The translations under genes and the position numbers were made by a program. The notes under the pieces are model-generated. The model did no database searches. It was not told the DNA's origin and saw only the letters and a program-made list of their open reading frames with translations. From assembly GCA_031272005.1 (NCBI GenBank), contig JAISUQ010000060.1, positions 1 to 54,599 on the forward strand: a DNA stretch of 54,599 bases. The letters are read 5' to 3'. This document shows positions 1 to 9,127 of this stretch, in pieces; position 1 is the first letter of the stretch; every line of letters begins with the position of its first letter. The DNA comes from Coriobacteriales bacterium (GTDB lineage Bacteria > Actinomycetota > Coriobacteriia > Coriobacteriales > UBA8131).

Positions 1-26
1 AGGGCGCAATGAATTGCGCCCCTACG
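1..26. repeat. REP-like palindromic element, copy at the window edge (AGGGCGCAATGAATTGCGCCCCTACG)
   Basis: 9-bp stem GGGCGCAAT/ATTGCGCCC with a GA loop. The identical 26-mer recurs at 1303-1328. It sits just downstream of the stop of the minus-strand gene 60-1181. Confidence 0.75.
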
Positions 27-59
27 GGGATTGCCATAGTCGGAATAAAGCAGTGCTTC

Positions 60-1181
60 CTAGATAATGCTGCTGGCCTGGCTGGTGCCGCTGAGGCGCT
101 CGTAGATCAGGCGTTTGCCATGGCGCAGGCCCCAGAGCAAATCCCCAACCAGCAGCAACACCAAGGCCAGCTGGATAACCAGCGGTATCAGCTGATCGTC
201 GGTTGCGGCTATCACCGCCGTGCACAGCGCCAGTCCCACCAGCACGATATTGCGCAGCAGGTAGCGCAGCACAATCCGCAGCGGCAGCGGCAGGCCGCCC
301 TTGCTGCCTTCGGCCCGGCGCACGGCGATGCGCACCAGGGCCTTGCCGAAGGTCCGGCCAGCAAAGACCGCCGGCACCAACATGCTGTAGGCACACAGCG
401 CGATGGCGTAGGCTGCCAGGTCCCTTTGTGGCCAGGACTCCGGCAGCACCAAATAGACCAGGATCTGCAACAGCGCCACAATCGCCCCATCCACCAAAAA
501 GGCCACAAAGCGGCGCAGGTAACCCACCTGGGCGGCGCGCTGCCGGCTGTGCTTGTTGATCCGCTCACGTGAGGGCAGTGCTCGGCCCAGCACGTGGGCA
601 ATGCCAAAGCCCACCAGCCCGCCTGCCGTGTTCATCAGCAGATCATCGACATCGAACAGCCGGTAAGGGTGCGGATAGAGGCCAAACAGCCCGGTCAGCT
701 GGGAGATTTCAAAGAACAGCGACAGAGCCAGGCTGAGCAGCAGCACCCGCTTCAGGCTCAACTGGAAGTACCAGGCCAGATAGACGCCCCAGGGCACGGT
801 CAGGGCCACATTGAAGAGCACCTGCAGCACGGCAAAGCTCTTCAGCGCCCCCGGCCAGGTGCCAGGCTCGGATAACACCAGACCCGAGCTGGAGAGGATG
901 TCGGTCACAAAATGGAAGGGGATAGGCTGTACATACTGGCTCAGCGGCACTTCGCTGGTCATCGTTGCCGGGTCTGGCAGCGGCAGTATCACCAGGTAAT
1001 AGGCGCATTGGATGTAGAAGATGAAGCTGACGAAGACCAGCGTGCGCAGAAGCGAGATGGCTCCATAGCGTCGGTAGCTGTAGATGGCATAAGGCAGGGC
1101 GCAGGCCGCAGCGATAGCCGGCATCAGCACCAGTGCCGTGCCGATAGGGAAGAGATAGGCATCCAGGATAGCAGTCAACAA
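60..1181 (-). CDS. VanZ-like / RDD-domain fusion membrane protein
   Basis: 373-aa multi-TM ORF. The N-terminal half has a VanZ-like signature (FEISQL..., FDVDDLLMNTAGGLVGF). The C-terminal half is RDD-like (YLRRFVAFLVDGAIVALL). Confidence 0.75.
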   Translation of the reverse strand: MLTAILDAYLFPIGTALVLMPAIAAACALPYAIYSYRRYGAISLLRTLVFVSFIFYIQCAYYLVILPLPDPATMTSEVPLSQYVQPIPFHFVTDILSSSGLVLSEPGTWPGALKSFAVLQVLFNVALTVPWGVYLAWYFQLSLKRVLLLSLALSLFFEISQLTGLFGLYPHPYRLFDVDDLLMNTAGGLVGFGIAHVLGRALPSRERINKHSRQRAAQVGYLRRFVAFLVDGAIVALLQILVYLVLPESWPQRDLAAYAIALCAYSMLVPAVFAGRTFGKALVRIAVRRAEGSKGGLPLPLRIVLRYLLRNIVLVGLALCTAVIAATDDQLIPLVIQLALVLLLVGDLLWGLRHGKRLIYERLSGTSQASSII

Positions 1182-1208
1182 AACTCTTTCATATATGGGT
1201 CAGTGCTT

Positions 1209-1366
1209 CCTAAGGGAAACGCTGATTAAGTCCCAAGTCTCTATTGACCGTAGGGGCGCGATTCATCGCGCGCTGCCGACCTGCGAAATTGCCCTGCTAG
1301 AAAGGGCGCAATGAATTGCGCCCCTACGACCAACGTAGGCTTGGGACTTAATCAATCTTCCTTAGG
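1209..1366. repeat. Composite ~160-bp imperfect inverted repeat enclosing two REP-like hairpins (1249-1272 and 1303-1328)
   Basis: The outer arms 1209-1256 and 1321-1366 are reverse complements. They share a perfect 14-bp core GATTAAGTCCCAAG / CTTGGGACTTAATC and CGTAGGGG/CCCCTACG ends. The inner hairpins are GCGCGAT-TC-ATCGCGC and GGGCGCAAT-GA-ATTGCGCCC. Confidence 0.8.
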
Positions 1367-1541
1367 CTATCTCAGCGCCAACAGCCTGTCAAACCCAACC
1401 GCCAGCGAGGCAGATGTGCGGTCCCTCCTAACCCTGACAGCCACTGAACACACCAGCGCCCGCCGAAAGAGCATTCCGACGGGCGCTGGCTGCGTACTCA
1501 GCCGTGGCGGCTATCCTGAGCTATGCAACGCTTTATGCTGC

Positions 1542-2549
1542 TTACTCCATGTCCACTATGACCTTGATGGCCTCGGTTTTGTCGGCCGCCTTCTTCAAAG
1601 CCGCGTCCAACTCACTGAAGGGGAAGTGATGCGTGATGATCTCGTTGACCAAAGTGCGTCCGGAGGATAAATTGTCCATGACCTCGCGAATATCCTCGTC
1701 GTCATAGCCGTTGGAGCCCAGGATGTGACCTTCGCTGCTCATGACCTGGTAGGTGATGATGTCCTGGGGCTTCATGTTGATGCCCACGATGGACAGGCGT
1801 GCGTCGGGCTTGCCCAGCTTGAAGAACTCCTCAACCATGTTCGGCGCCCCGGCGCAGTCCACAACGATGTCCACGTTGATGGCATTTCCGTAGCCACGTT
1901 TGGGCACTGTGCCCCAGAGATCGGTGAGGAACTCGAACTTGTCGCCCTCTTCCGGCAGTGGTGCGACAATCACGCCCATCTTCTCCAGCAGAGCCCGCTT
2001 GTAATCAGAAAGCACGATGTCCACCACAACCGGTTTGATGCCTTGGGCTACGAGGGCACTGAGACAGAACAGGCCGATGGAGCCGGCGCCGTAGACCACC
2101 ACATTGTCGCCGGGTTTGGCGCCGGGGCGGTTCTTGCCACGCGTGCCCACACCAAAGGGCTCAATCAGCGAAGCCTCATCCCAACTGATGTTGTCCGGCA
2201 GATGCCAGGCACCCTGGCCCTCGGTGGCGTTCAGCACCTTGATGTATTCGGAGAAGCCGCCTGCCTGGCAGGTGTAGATGATGCTGGACACACAGCGGCT
2301 CGGGTGTACCCAGACCCGCTCGCCCTCCTTGAAATCCTTGACGTCCTTGCCCACTTCGGCTACCCAACCGGCGGTCTCGTGGCCGAACTGCTTGCCTGGC
2401 TCTACGCCAGCCCCATTGATGTCCGAGCCACAGATTGACGAGCGCACCGTCTTGACCAGGATCTCACCCGGCCCGATCTCCGGCCGCTCAATCTCCTCGA
2501 TGGCCGCTTCCAACATGCCTTTGTAGATACCAGCCTTCATTGTTGCCAT
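1542..2549 (-). CDS. Zn-dependent alcohol/polyol dehydrogenase (MDR superfamily)
   Basis: 335 aa. Has SICGSD and GHETAG Zn-site motifs and a VVVYGAGSIG Rossmann motif. RBS GGGAGAG upstream. Confidence 0.85.
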   Translation of the reverse strand: MATMKAGIYKGMLEAAIEEIERPEIGPGEILVKTVRSSICGSDINGAGVEPGKQFGHETAGWVAEVGKDVKDFKEGERVWVHPSRCVSSIIYTCQAGGFSEYIKVLNATEGQGAWHLPDNISWDEASLIEPFGVGTRGKNRPGAKPGDNVVVYGAGSIGLFCLSALVAQGIKPVVVDIVLSDYKRALLEKMGVIVAPLPEEGDKFEFLTDLWGTVPKRGYGNAINVDIVVDCAGAPNMVEEFFKLGKPDARLSIVGINMKPQDIITYQVMSSEGHILGSNGYDDEDIREVMDNLSSGRTLVNEIITHHFPFSELDAALKKAADKTEAIKVIVDME

Positions 2550-2584
2550 TTCTTTCTCTCCCTTCCGTCTTCGATTATCAGCTC

Positions 2585-3385
2585 CTACAACGCTATATCA
2601 CCCAGACCTACGTCGGCGGACTTGGTCGAGACTGCCAGCTGCTTACTCTTGCCATCGGCTTCGATGGTCAGTGTGAAGTCAGCGTCTGGCAGGTCGCGTA
2701 ACCAGAAGTCACCCCAGCCGTCGGTCGTGGCGGTGTAGGTGCCGGCCTCTCCGCTCAGCGTCGCCTTGGCGCCGATACGCACCTCCTTGGCCTCCGGGTC
2801 GTAGATCGTGCCGGCCACGAACTTCTTCGGCAGGCCGCCCTTGTAATAGACCCGCGGCTTGGTGCCGTACTCCGGGTGCAAAACCTCGCAGTCCGAAAGG
2901 TCGAAGTCGGCTTCTTCGCCGAACTTGATGAGGTCGACATGGCAGTTATCCACGCAGCGGGGCGTACTGATTGGATGGTCGCCGTCCAGCAGGTGAGCGC
3001 AGCCGGTGCACTTCTGGGCCAACTGCAGCTCCTCGTTCCAATAGATGACATGGTAAGGGCAGCTCTCCACGATCTTCTTGTTGCCCTTGGCCTTGACGGG
3101 GTCGATAACCACCAGGCCGTCTTCGCGCTTATAGACTGCGTCCGGGGCGGCCTTGATGCACGGCGCGTCGTCGCAATGGTTGCAGAGCACGGGCAGATAG
3201 GTCACGATGACATGCGGTCGGGCGCCGCGCTCGTATTGGTTCAGCTTGCACCAGAACTGCCCACTGACCGGCTGTTCTGCCGCATAGGGCAGCCATTCGT
3301 TGCCGCAATGCTCATCCTTGCAGCCGACCTGGCAGTCATGGCAGCCCACACAACCCTTATAGTCGATTACGAAAACCTTGGCCAT
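2585..3385 (-). CDS. 4Fe-4S beta subunit of a DMSO-reductase-family enzyme, pyrogallol transhydroxylase BthL-like
   Basis: The start was moved to MAKVFVIDYKGCVGCHDC (ATG at 3385, RBS AGGAGA), giving 266 aa. It has several CxxCxxCxxxC-type motifs. The C-terminal beta-sandwich tail (GTKPRVYYK ... IEADGKS ... VGLGDIAL) closely recalls the Pelobacter acidigallici BthL sequence as I remember it. Confidence 0.85.
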   Translation of the reverse strand: MAKVFVIDYKGCVGCHDCQVGCKDEHCGNEWLPYAAEQPVSGQFWCKLNQYERGARPHVIVTYLPVLCNHCDDAPCIKAAPDAVYKREDGLVVIDPVKAKGNKKIVESCPYHVIYWNEELQLAQKCTGCAHLLDGDHPISTPRCVDNCHVDLIKFGEEADFDLSDCEVLHPEYGTKPRVYYKGGLPKKFVAGTIYDPEAKEVRIGAKATLSGEAGTYTATTDGWGDFWLRDLPDADFTLTIEADGKSKQLAVSTKSADVGLGDIAL

Positions 3386-3390
3386 CTCAA

Positions 3391-6012
3391 TCACTCTCCT
3401 TCGACCCATGAAGCGTAGTTGCTGCCGATGGCCGGGTCGTAGTCGCGCGCCCAGGCGTCCGGGTACTGCTGCTTCCACTGGTCATACTCAGCCTTTTCCA
3501 GTTTGGCGCACTCCACCAGATAGTTGGTCACGGCGAAGCCCGCGCAGTGCTTGGAGATATAGCGCGGCGGGCTGATCAGGTTGGAAGAACCGCCGCGATC
3601 GATGTGCGGGGCAATCGGGTCGACGCGCGAACCCTTGGCGATATTGACGGACCCGGGGATAGTGCGCACCGAGATGCGTGCACCACAGAGGATAATTCCC
3701 TGATCGTTGAAGACCTTGACGATGTCGCCGTTTTGGATGCCGCGCGCTTCAGCGTCCTCAGGCGCCAGCCAGACCGGCTCGTAATCGTAGCCATCCCAAC
3801 CCTTGACCTTGACGGTCTCGATCTCGCGGAACCAGATCATATCGTCACCCTGTACATGGGTGCGGAAGCGGCCGGCCGTGGAACAGAGCAACAGTGGATA
3901 CTCCTTGGCTTTCTCGCCATAGGGTGTTTCATCGTGCATCCAGCCGTCCTCGCTGGAACCGCCGATGAACCAGCGGGCCATCGGCTGACGCTCCTGGTCA
4001 TCCGGGAAGTTATCCGCCAGAGCCTGCGACCAGAACTCGATCTTGCCCGAGGGCGTATCCAGCGGGAAGCTCTCCGGATCCTCATAGAAGTTCTGCATGC
4101 CACGCGGTATGTCCCGCCAGTCCGGGTCCAGCTTGGGAACATAGTAAGTACGCTCTTTCAGCTTATCAAAGCTGACTTCTTGCGAAATCGGGAACATGTT
4201 GAAGGCTGCCTCAAACCACTGATCTTCGGTCATGCCTTTGCTGATATTCTGATCGACACCAAAGCGCTTGCCGATCTCCAAGGCAATCTCGTAGTCACTC
4301 TTGCTTTCGCCTACTGGATCGCAGGCCCGCTCGTTCAGGCAGGCATACTTGACCTGGGTAACCTGGCTGCCGCCGACATCGTCGCGCTCCTCCATGACAG
4401 TGGTTACCGGAAGGATCATGTCACAGAACAATGAGTCGTTCTCCAGCCATTGGTGGTTGGTCAGGAAGAACTCCACCTTGGGGCTGCGAATGGCGTCCTG
4501 GTAGTTGAAGCCACCGTTCCAACAGCCCATGTTGCAGGGCTTTTCGCTCCAGAGCAGATGCACTTCGGTACCGCCCTGGTCGGCCGGCAACGGATAGTTG
4601 TACTCGGTGAACTGATCCTCGCGGCTGGCCTTGATGATTGAGGGGCTGCCCCACCACTTGGCCGTGCCTTCGTTGATGACCTTGGCGACCATGGTGCGCG
4701 GCACCTGCTGGGGTACTGTCACAAACATGCTGGAACGATTGCACATCGTTATCGGGAAGGTAGTGGTCTTGGCGGCAGTCGGCTTGGCCATCTCCGAATT
4801 GGTGATATACATCTGGTTGACGCCGGGCTTGCCCAAGCCCTGCATGGCCATCTTGTAGGCAGCAGTACGTCCCGGCTCGTGGGAGTACGGGCCTTTGACA
4901 TGACCGCTGGAGAAGTGCACCAGCGCAGTCCGCATCGTGCCCCATTTGCGGGCCAGGGCCTTGATTGTCCATTCGGGCACACCGCATATCGGGGCTGCCC
5001 ACTCCGGGGTCTTAGGCTGCCCGTCCTCTTCACCGAGGACGTAAGCTGTGAGCTTGTCGAAGCCGACAGTGTGGGTCTGCACATAATCCTTGTCGTAGAG
5101 CCCCTCGGTAATCCAGACATACATCAGGGCGAAGTCCAGCGCCACGTCGGTGTTGGGCAGGATTGGAACCCATTTCATCGTTGGATGGCAGACCGCCGTG
5201 TAGTTGCAGAAGGGGTCGACGATGACGAACTCCTTGCCCAGCTCCTCCCAATACTTGATCAGACGGCTCAGGCCCTGACCGGCATAGTTCTGGGTCAGCT
5301 CGATGTCGCCGGCATGGAAGGCGATCAACTCAGTGTTCTCGCAGATGTCCAGGGGCACGTTCCACGAGCAATAACCGGTTTCTGGAGGTGCAGCCAGGCC
5401 GAGGCCAAAATTGGAGCCGGCGCCCCAGACGTGTTTGGCGCCCCAGTACCAGCCCTCAACGCTGTCGGGGGTGCGCACCTCGCGGGTATAGCCACCCAGT
5501 TCCTTGAGCAGGGTCATGTGCATGCCGCCGCCAGAGTGCAGGTCCTTGCTCTCGCGGTGGCCGTCTTCGCCGATGCAGAGTATCGCATAAGGGCCATAGG
5601 TCTCGGTGACCCGTTTGAGCTCGGACTCGATGATGTCCAGAGCCTCGTCCCAACTGATGCGCTTGAACTTGCTGATGCCGCGGTTCTGCGGGTTGGTCTT
5701 GGCTGGGTCGCCACCGGGCTCCCAGTCCACGCGCTGGAGCGGGTACTTGACGCGGTTCTTGGAGTAGACGCGGTTCTTGTAGGCCAGGGCGAAATAGGTA
5801 GGTGTGGCTTTCATTGAGGTCTTGAGTTTCTTGCCCTGGAAGTCGTACTCCCAGAAGCTGTCCTCCAGCTCCTCTGGCGTATAGTTCATGTCCCAGTGCA
5901 GCGGGCGGATGCGGACGATTTTACCGTCCTTGGAGTCGATGGCTACCGGATCGCCGCCGGTTCCGCCCATGGCGACACCTCGGACGACCGTGCGGACATC
6001 CTTATCTCCCAT
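3391..6012 (-). CDS. Molybdopterin (bis-MGD) oxidoreductase alpha subunit, pyrogallol hydroxytransferase (AthL) / resorcinol hydroxylase-like
   Basis: 873 aa. It has no twin-arginine signal and no N-terminal CX2CX3C FS0 motif. Segments DSVEGWYWGAKHVWG, YVLGEEDGQPKTPEWAA..GVPEWTIKALARKWG and DRGGSSNLISPPRYISKHCAG match remembered AthL segments. RBS AAGGAGG. Confidence 0.85.
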   Translation of the reverse strand: MGDKDVRTVVRGVAMGGTGGDPVAIDSKDGKIVRIRPLHWDMNYTPEELEDSFWEYDFQGKKLKTSMKATPTYFALAYKNRVYSKNRVKYPLQRVDWEPGGDPAKTNPQNRGISKFKRISWDEALDIIESELKRVTETYGPYAILCIGEDGHRESKDLHSGGGMHMTLLKELGGYTREVRTPDSVEGWYWGAKHVWGAGSNFGLGLAAPPETGYCSWNVPLDICENTELIAFHAGDIELTQNYAGQGLSRLIKYWEELGKEFVIVDPFCNYTAVCHPTMKWVPILPNTDVALDFALMYVWITEGLYDKDYVQTHTVGFDKLTAYVLGEEDGQPKTPEWAAPICGVPEWTIKALARKWGTMRTALVHFSSGHVKGPYSHEPGRTAAYKMAMQGLGKPGVNQMYITNSEMAKPTAAKTTTFPITMCNRSSMFVTVPQQVPRTMVAKVINEGTAKWWGSPSIIKASREDQFTEYNYPLPADQGGTEVHLLWSEKPCNMGCWNGGFNYQDAIRSPKVEFFLTNHQWLENDSLFCDMILPVTTVMEERDDVGGSQVTQVKYACLNERACDPVGESKSDYEIALEIGKRFGVDQNISKGMTEDQWFEAAFNMFPISQEVSFDKLKERTYYVPKLDPDWRDIPRGMQNFYEDPESFPLDTPSGKIEFWSQALADNFPDDQERQPMARWFIGGSSEDGWMHDETPYGEKAKEYPLLLCSTAGRFRTHVQGDDMIWFREIETVKVKGWDGYDYEPVWLAPEDAEARGIQNGDIVKVFNDQGIILCGARISVRTIPGSVNIAKGSRVDPIAPHIDRGGSSNLISPPRYISKHCAGFAVTNYLVECAKLEKAEYDQWKQQYPDAWARDYDPAIGSNYASWVEGE

Positions 6013-6113
6013 AACGTGCCTCCTTTCATATTGTTGTTTTCAGGGATTGCTCTATTGTCCAGTCTATCGGGTTCGCGTGCCTGACTGTAATTGGCAATCA
6101 ACTGCAACTATCA

Positions 6114-6133
6114 CCAGTAACTTGGCTTACTGG
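6114..6133. promoter_or_regulatory. Operator-like inverted repeat CCAGTAA-N6-TTACTGG upstream of the Mo-enzyme genes
   Basis: Perfect 7-bp arms in the 224-nt spacer between the stop at 6237 and the alpha-subunit start at 6012. No cognate regulator is identified. Confidence 0.3.
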
Positions 6134-6236
6134 CGGCGAATGTCAGACTATCAGGATAGAAAGGCTGTTTTGTCAGCTTTAAGCGAACATATACCGGCTT
6201 TTGTGTGCGGCCGCTGCGGCCTGGCCACTTCCTGGT

Positions 6237-7646
6237 TTATTGCTTGACGGACTGTTCAATGCGTAGAGTCAGCATGGCGCCGAGGTCGTAGGCCTTGCTG
6301 CCAGCGACGTCCTCATCGCAGACCAGGTTGAAGCCCACCAGGCGGCGGTTCGTCTCGGCCGAAAGCGGCTTTGTATCCGTGCCAGCCACGGCATCTGCTT
6401 CGGTGCCTGCTCCGGCGTCAGTCACGGCGTCTGCTTGCGCATCTGCTTCCGCGCGCTGGTAAATCCGGATGACCGTCATATCGTCGCTCTCTTCAATCTC
6501 CGTGTAACGGTCTGGAGTCAGCTCCATGGTGCCGGCGGAGATGAACAGCGTGCCTCTGACAGCGATGGTGTTGGTGGCGATTGAGCCCGGATAGGCATCC
6601 TCGGCTGCCAGTGGCTGGCAGGCCAGTTCGGCAGCGATAGCCCGTCCGGCGCAGGCGCCCTGCACGGCGGCGTTCTTCCAGATGCCGACGATGCGTTGTT
6701 CTCCAGAGACCAACTCCAGGGCCTGGGCCACATCGCCGGCGGCATAGACGTCGGGGTCGGAGGTGCGCATCCATTCGTCCACCAGCAGCGCCCGATCCAT
6801 CTCCAGCGCACCTTCGGCCAAAAAGTCCAGGTTGCACTTCATGCCATGGGCCACGGTAATCTCGTCAAAGACAGCGGTTTCGCCGCCGGAGAAGGTTACC
6901 TGCAGCTGGCGACCTGCGGCGGCGGATTCAGGGCTGGGGTCGGAACCGGAAGCGGAGTCCGGGCAGTCCTCTGAACCGGAGCCAGAGCCGCTGTCGAGCA
7001 CCTGCACCGTCTGGATGGTCTGGCCCAGCAGCAGCCTGACGCCCTGGCGCAGCAGGCCCTGCTCAAAGCGGATGGCCGCTTCCGGCAGCGCATTGAAGTC
7101 CAAAACGTGCGGGTTCATCCCCACCAGAGTGACCTCGGCTCCGCGCTCCAGGGCGGCCTCCAGGCTCTTTAAGGCCACCAGCGAGGCGCCGGAGACCAGC
7201 ACGCGCCGGCAGCCCGGCCGCAACAGGGCGGCCTTCAGGCGCTCGGCGTCCTCCATCGTCCGCAGCACCAGCGGTTCGTAGTCGCAGGCCGGAAACCCCC
7301 AGCGCATCGGCGTGGCGCCGCTGGCGATGACGCACTTGGTATAGCTGTAGTCGCCCATAGCGGTGCGAATGCGATGGTTGGCCGGGTCCAGCTCCACAAC
7401 GGCGCTGCCTGTCAGAACCTCGGCACCCAGCTCGGCCAGCTCCTCCGCACTCCAGGGGAAGCATTGCTCCCAGCTTTTCTGGCCGCCGGCGTAATCTGAG
7501 GTCAGGATCGGGCTGTAGGGCGGTATCGAGGTGTTGGAGAACACCTGGATCTTGCCGGTATATCCGGCGTTGCGTAGGGCAATCAGGGCGTTGACACCGG
7601 CGGTGCCATAGCCGATGATGGCCACAGAAGTCTCCTGGTTTGTCAT
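6237..7646 (-). CDS. FAD/NAD(P)-dependent pyridine nucleotide-disulfide-family oxidoreductase
   Basis: 469 aa. First dinucleotide fold is VAIIGYGTAGVNA and the second is RVLVSGASLVALK; also YAAGD. Two low-complexity inserts are present (DSGSGSGSED..., EADAQADAVTDAGAGTEADA...). RBS AGGAGG. Confidence 0.8.
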   Translation of the reverse strand: MTNQETSVAIIGYGTAGVNALIALRNAGYTGKIQVFSNTSIPPYSPILTSDYAGGQKSWEQCFPWSAEELAELGAEVLTGSAVVELDPANHRIRTAMGDYSYTKCVIASGATPMRWGFPACDYEPLVLRTMEDAERLKAALLRPGCRRVLVSGASLVALKSLEAALERGAEVTLVGMNPHVLDFNALPEAAIRFEQGLLRQGVRLLLGQTIQTVQVLDSGSGSGSEDCPDSASGSDPSPESAAAGRQLQVTFSGGETAVFDEITVAHGMKCNLDFLAEGALEMDRALLVDEWMRTSDPDVYAAGDVAQALELVSGEQRIVGIWKNAAVQGACAGRAIAAELACQPLAAEDAYPGSIATNTIAVRGTLFISAGTMELTPDRYTEIEESDDMTVIRIYQRAEADAQADAVTDAGAGTEADAVAGTDTKPLSAETNRRLVGFNLVCDEDVAGSKAYDLGAMLTLRIEQSVKQ

Positions 7647-7658
7647 CCCGCTCGCCTC

Positions 7659-8858
7659 CTAACCCAACACCTGGGCCAGCCAGGGCCCGTACTCGCCGCT
7701 CCACATGCCCTCCAGCTGCCCAAACACCTGCTGCCAGTCGAACTGGTTTACAAACAGCAGCTCGGTGTAGTGCTTGTTGGTCACCGGGCGCGGATTGTTC
7801 AACAGGTAGAAGGCGTAGGTATAGGTGCAGGTGGGACACATCGTCACCACGGTCGCGCCGTCCGGGCAAAACGATAGCTTGCTATCAGTTTGTTTCTCCT
7901 GGCGGTCCAGGCTGAAGGCGCTGACCGCTCCGCCGGCGCCGCAGCAGCCGTTGAAGATTGCCGGGGTGGTGGCGTCGATACCCAGGGCGGCACAGGTCTG
8001 CTCCAGATAATCGCCGTCACGGTCCTGGCAGGATTTGGAGAGCCACAGCTGCTCGCGAGGCACTTCCTGGGTGGGGCTGAAGCTGTGCTCAGCCAGAAAC
8101 GCCGCCAGGCTCACAGTCTTGATGTCCAAAGCGTGCCGCGCCAGTGTCTGGCGCATCTCATTCACACAACCCGGACAGACACAGACCAGCTGCCGGGCCC
8201 CGGAACTCTGCAACTCGCTGGCTATGCGGTCGCAAAGTGCCTCGGCGCGGGCGTAGAATCCGGCGCTTTTCAGCGGCGAACCGCAGCACAGATCAATCAA
8301 TGTGGCCTTTCCGCCCAACTGCTCCACGGTGGTGAAGATCTCCCGTGTCAGCTCGGGGGCGTAAGCGGCCAGAGAGCAGCCGGGCATCAGGGCTATCTCG
8401 CAATCCGTGGCGCCCGACAGCCCTTCGCCCGGCAGATGACGCGTCAGGTCGGCAAAGCCGATGCCGTAAACCGCCCGATAGGCGGTAAAGACGTCCCACT
8501 CCTGATCCACCTGCACGCTGGACCAGCTGTCGCGCGGAATCAGGCCCAGGTTTTGAAAGTCCACGCGGGCATGGTAAATCAGTTTGGTGACGTCGTTGTG
8601 GGCAAAGCAGGTATTTTTACACTGGGTGCAGAAGAAGCAGCCGCGCACGGCCTGCACCAGCCGGGGGTTCTCGGCGATACGCTCGGCCAGTTCCTCGGGG
8701 GTGGTGGCGCCTCGCTGGGCAGCCAGCAGGGCCTTGGCTATTTCGCCTAAGGTCATATCGGCGGCAATCAGGGATTCGCAGGCATCGGTACAATGACCGC
8801 ATTGCGTGCACTGACCGGTGAATTCCCAATAGACCTGCGCGCAACTGAGCAGGCTCAT
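7659..8858 (-). CDS. (Fe-S)-binding protein with two 4Fe-4S motifs and CCG cysteine-rich domains (HdrD/GlpC/LutA-like)
   Basis: 399 aa. Motifs CTQCGHCTDAC and CFFCTQCKNTC, followed by CCGSPL, VCPGC, GCCGAGG and MCPTC. It lies 12 nt upstream of the FAD oxidoreductase gene. Confidence 0.8.
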   Translation of the reverse strand: MSLLSCAQVYWEFTGQCTQCGHCTDACESLIAADMTLGEIAKALLAAQRGATTPEELAERIAENPRLVQAVRGCFFCTQCKNTCFAHNDVTKLIYHARVDFQNLGLIPRDSWSSVQVDQEWDVFTAYRAVYGIGFADLTRHLPGEGLSGATDCEIALMPGCSLAAYAPELTREIFTTVEQLGGKATLIDLCCGSPLKSAGFYARAEALCDRIASELQSSGARQLVCVCPGCVNEMRQTLARHALDIKTVSLAAFLAEHSFSPTQEVPREQLWLSKSCQDRDGDYLEQTCAALGIDATTPAIFNGCCGAGGAVSAFSLDRQEKQTDSKLSFCPDGATVVTMCPTCTYTYAFYLLNNPRPVTNKHYTELLFVNQFDWQQVFGQLEGMWSGEYGPWLAQVLG

Positions 8859-9127
8859 ACTCTCTCCTTCCTCAGCTACCAGCCCTCTGGCGGTAATGCT
8901 GAACGGAGTCCAATTATACCTGTTAGTCCAAGAGGGTTAGCACAGCCCGCCGGCTTCGGCCGGTTTCAGCCTGCTGTCCGGCCACAACCTCCAAGCCCCC
9001 ATTTACCCAGCCACCTTGCAGACAACACGATTATCTCTCCAAAAGAAGAACCCAGCCGCGCGCAGGCGTAAGCTTGCCGCCGGAGCGGTTACAGGTACAT
9101 GTAGGTTTGAGCGGTGCGCTCAGAGGT

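Noticed and set aside
6013-6236. A Moco riboswitch upstream of the molybdoenzyme alpha subunit.
   Set aside because: The region is relatively AT-rich. It lacks the GC-rich multi-stem architecture and conserved blocks I associate with the Moco RNA motif. Only a short protein-operator-like inverted repeat is evident. An Infernal scan would be decisive.
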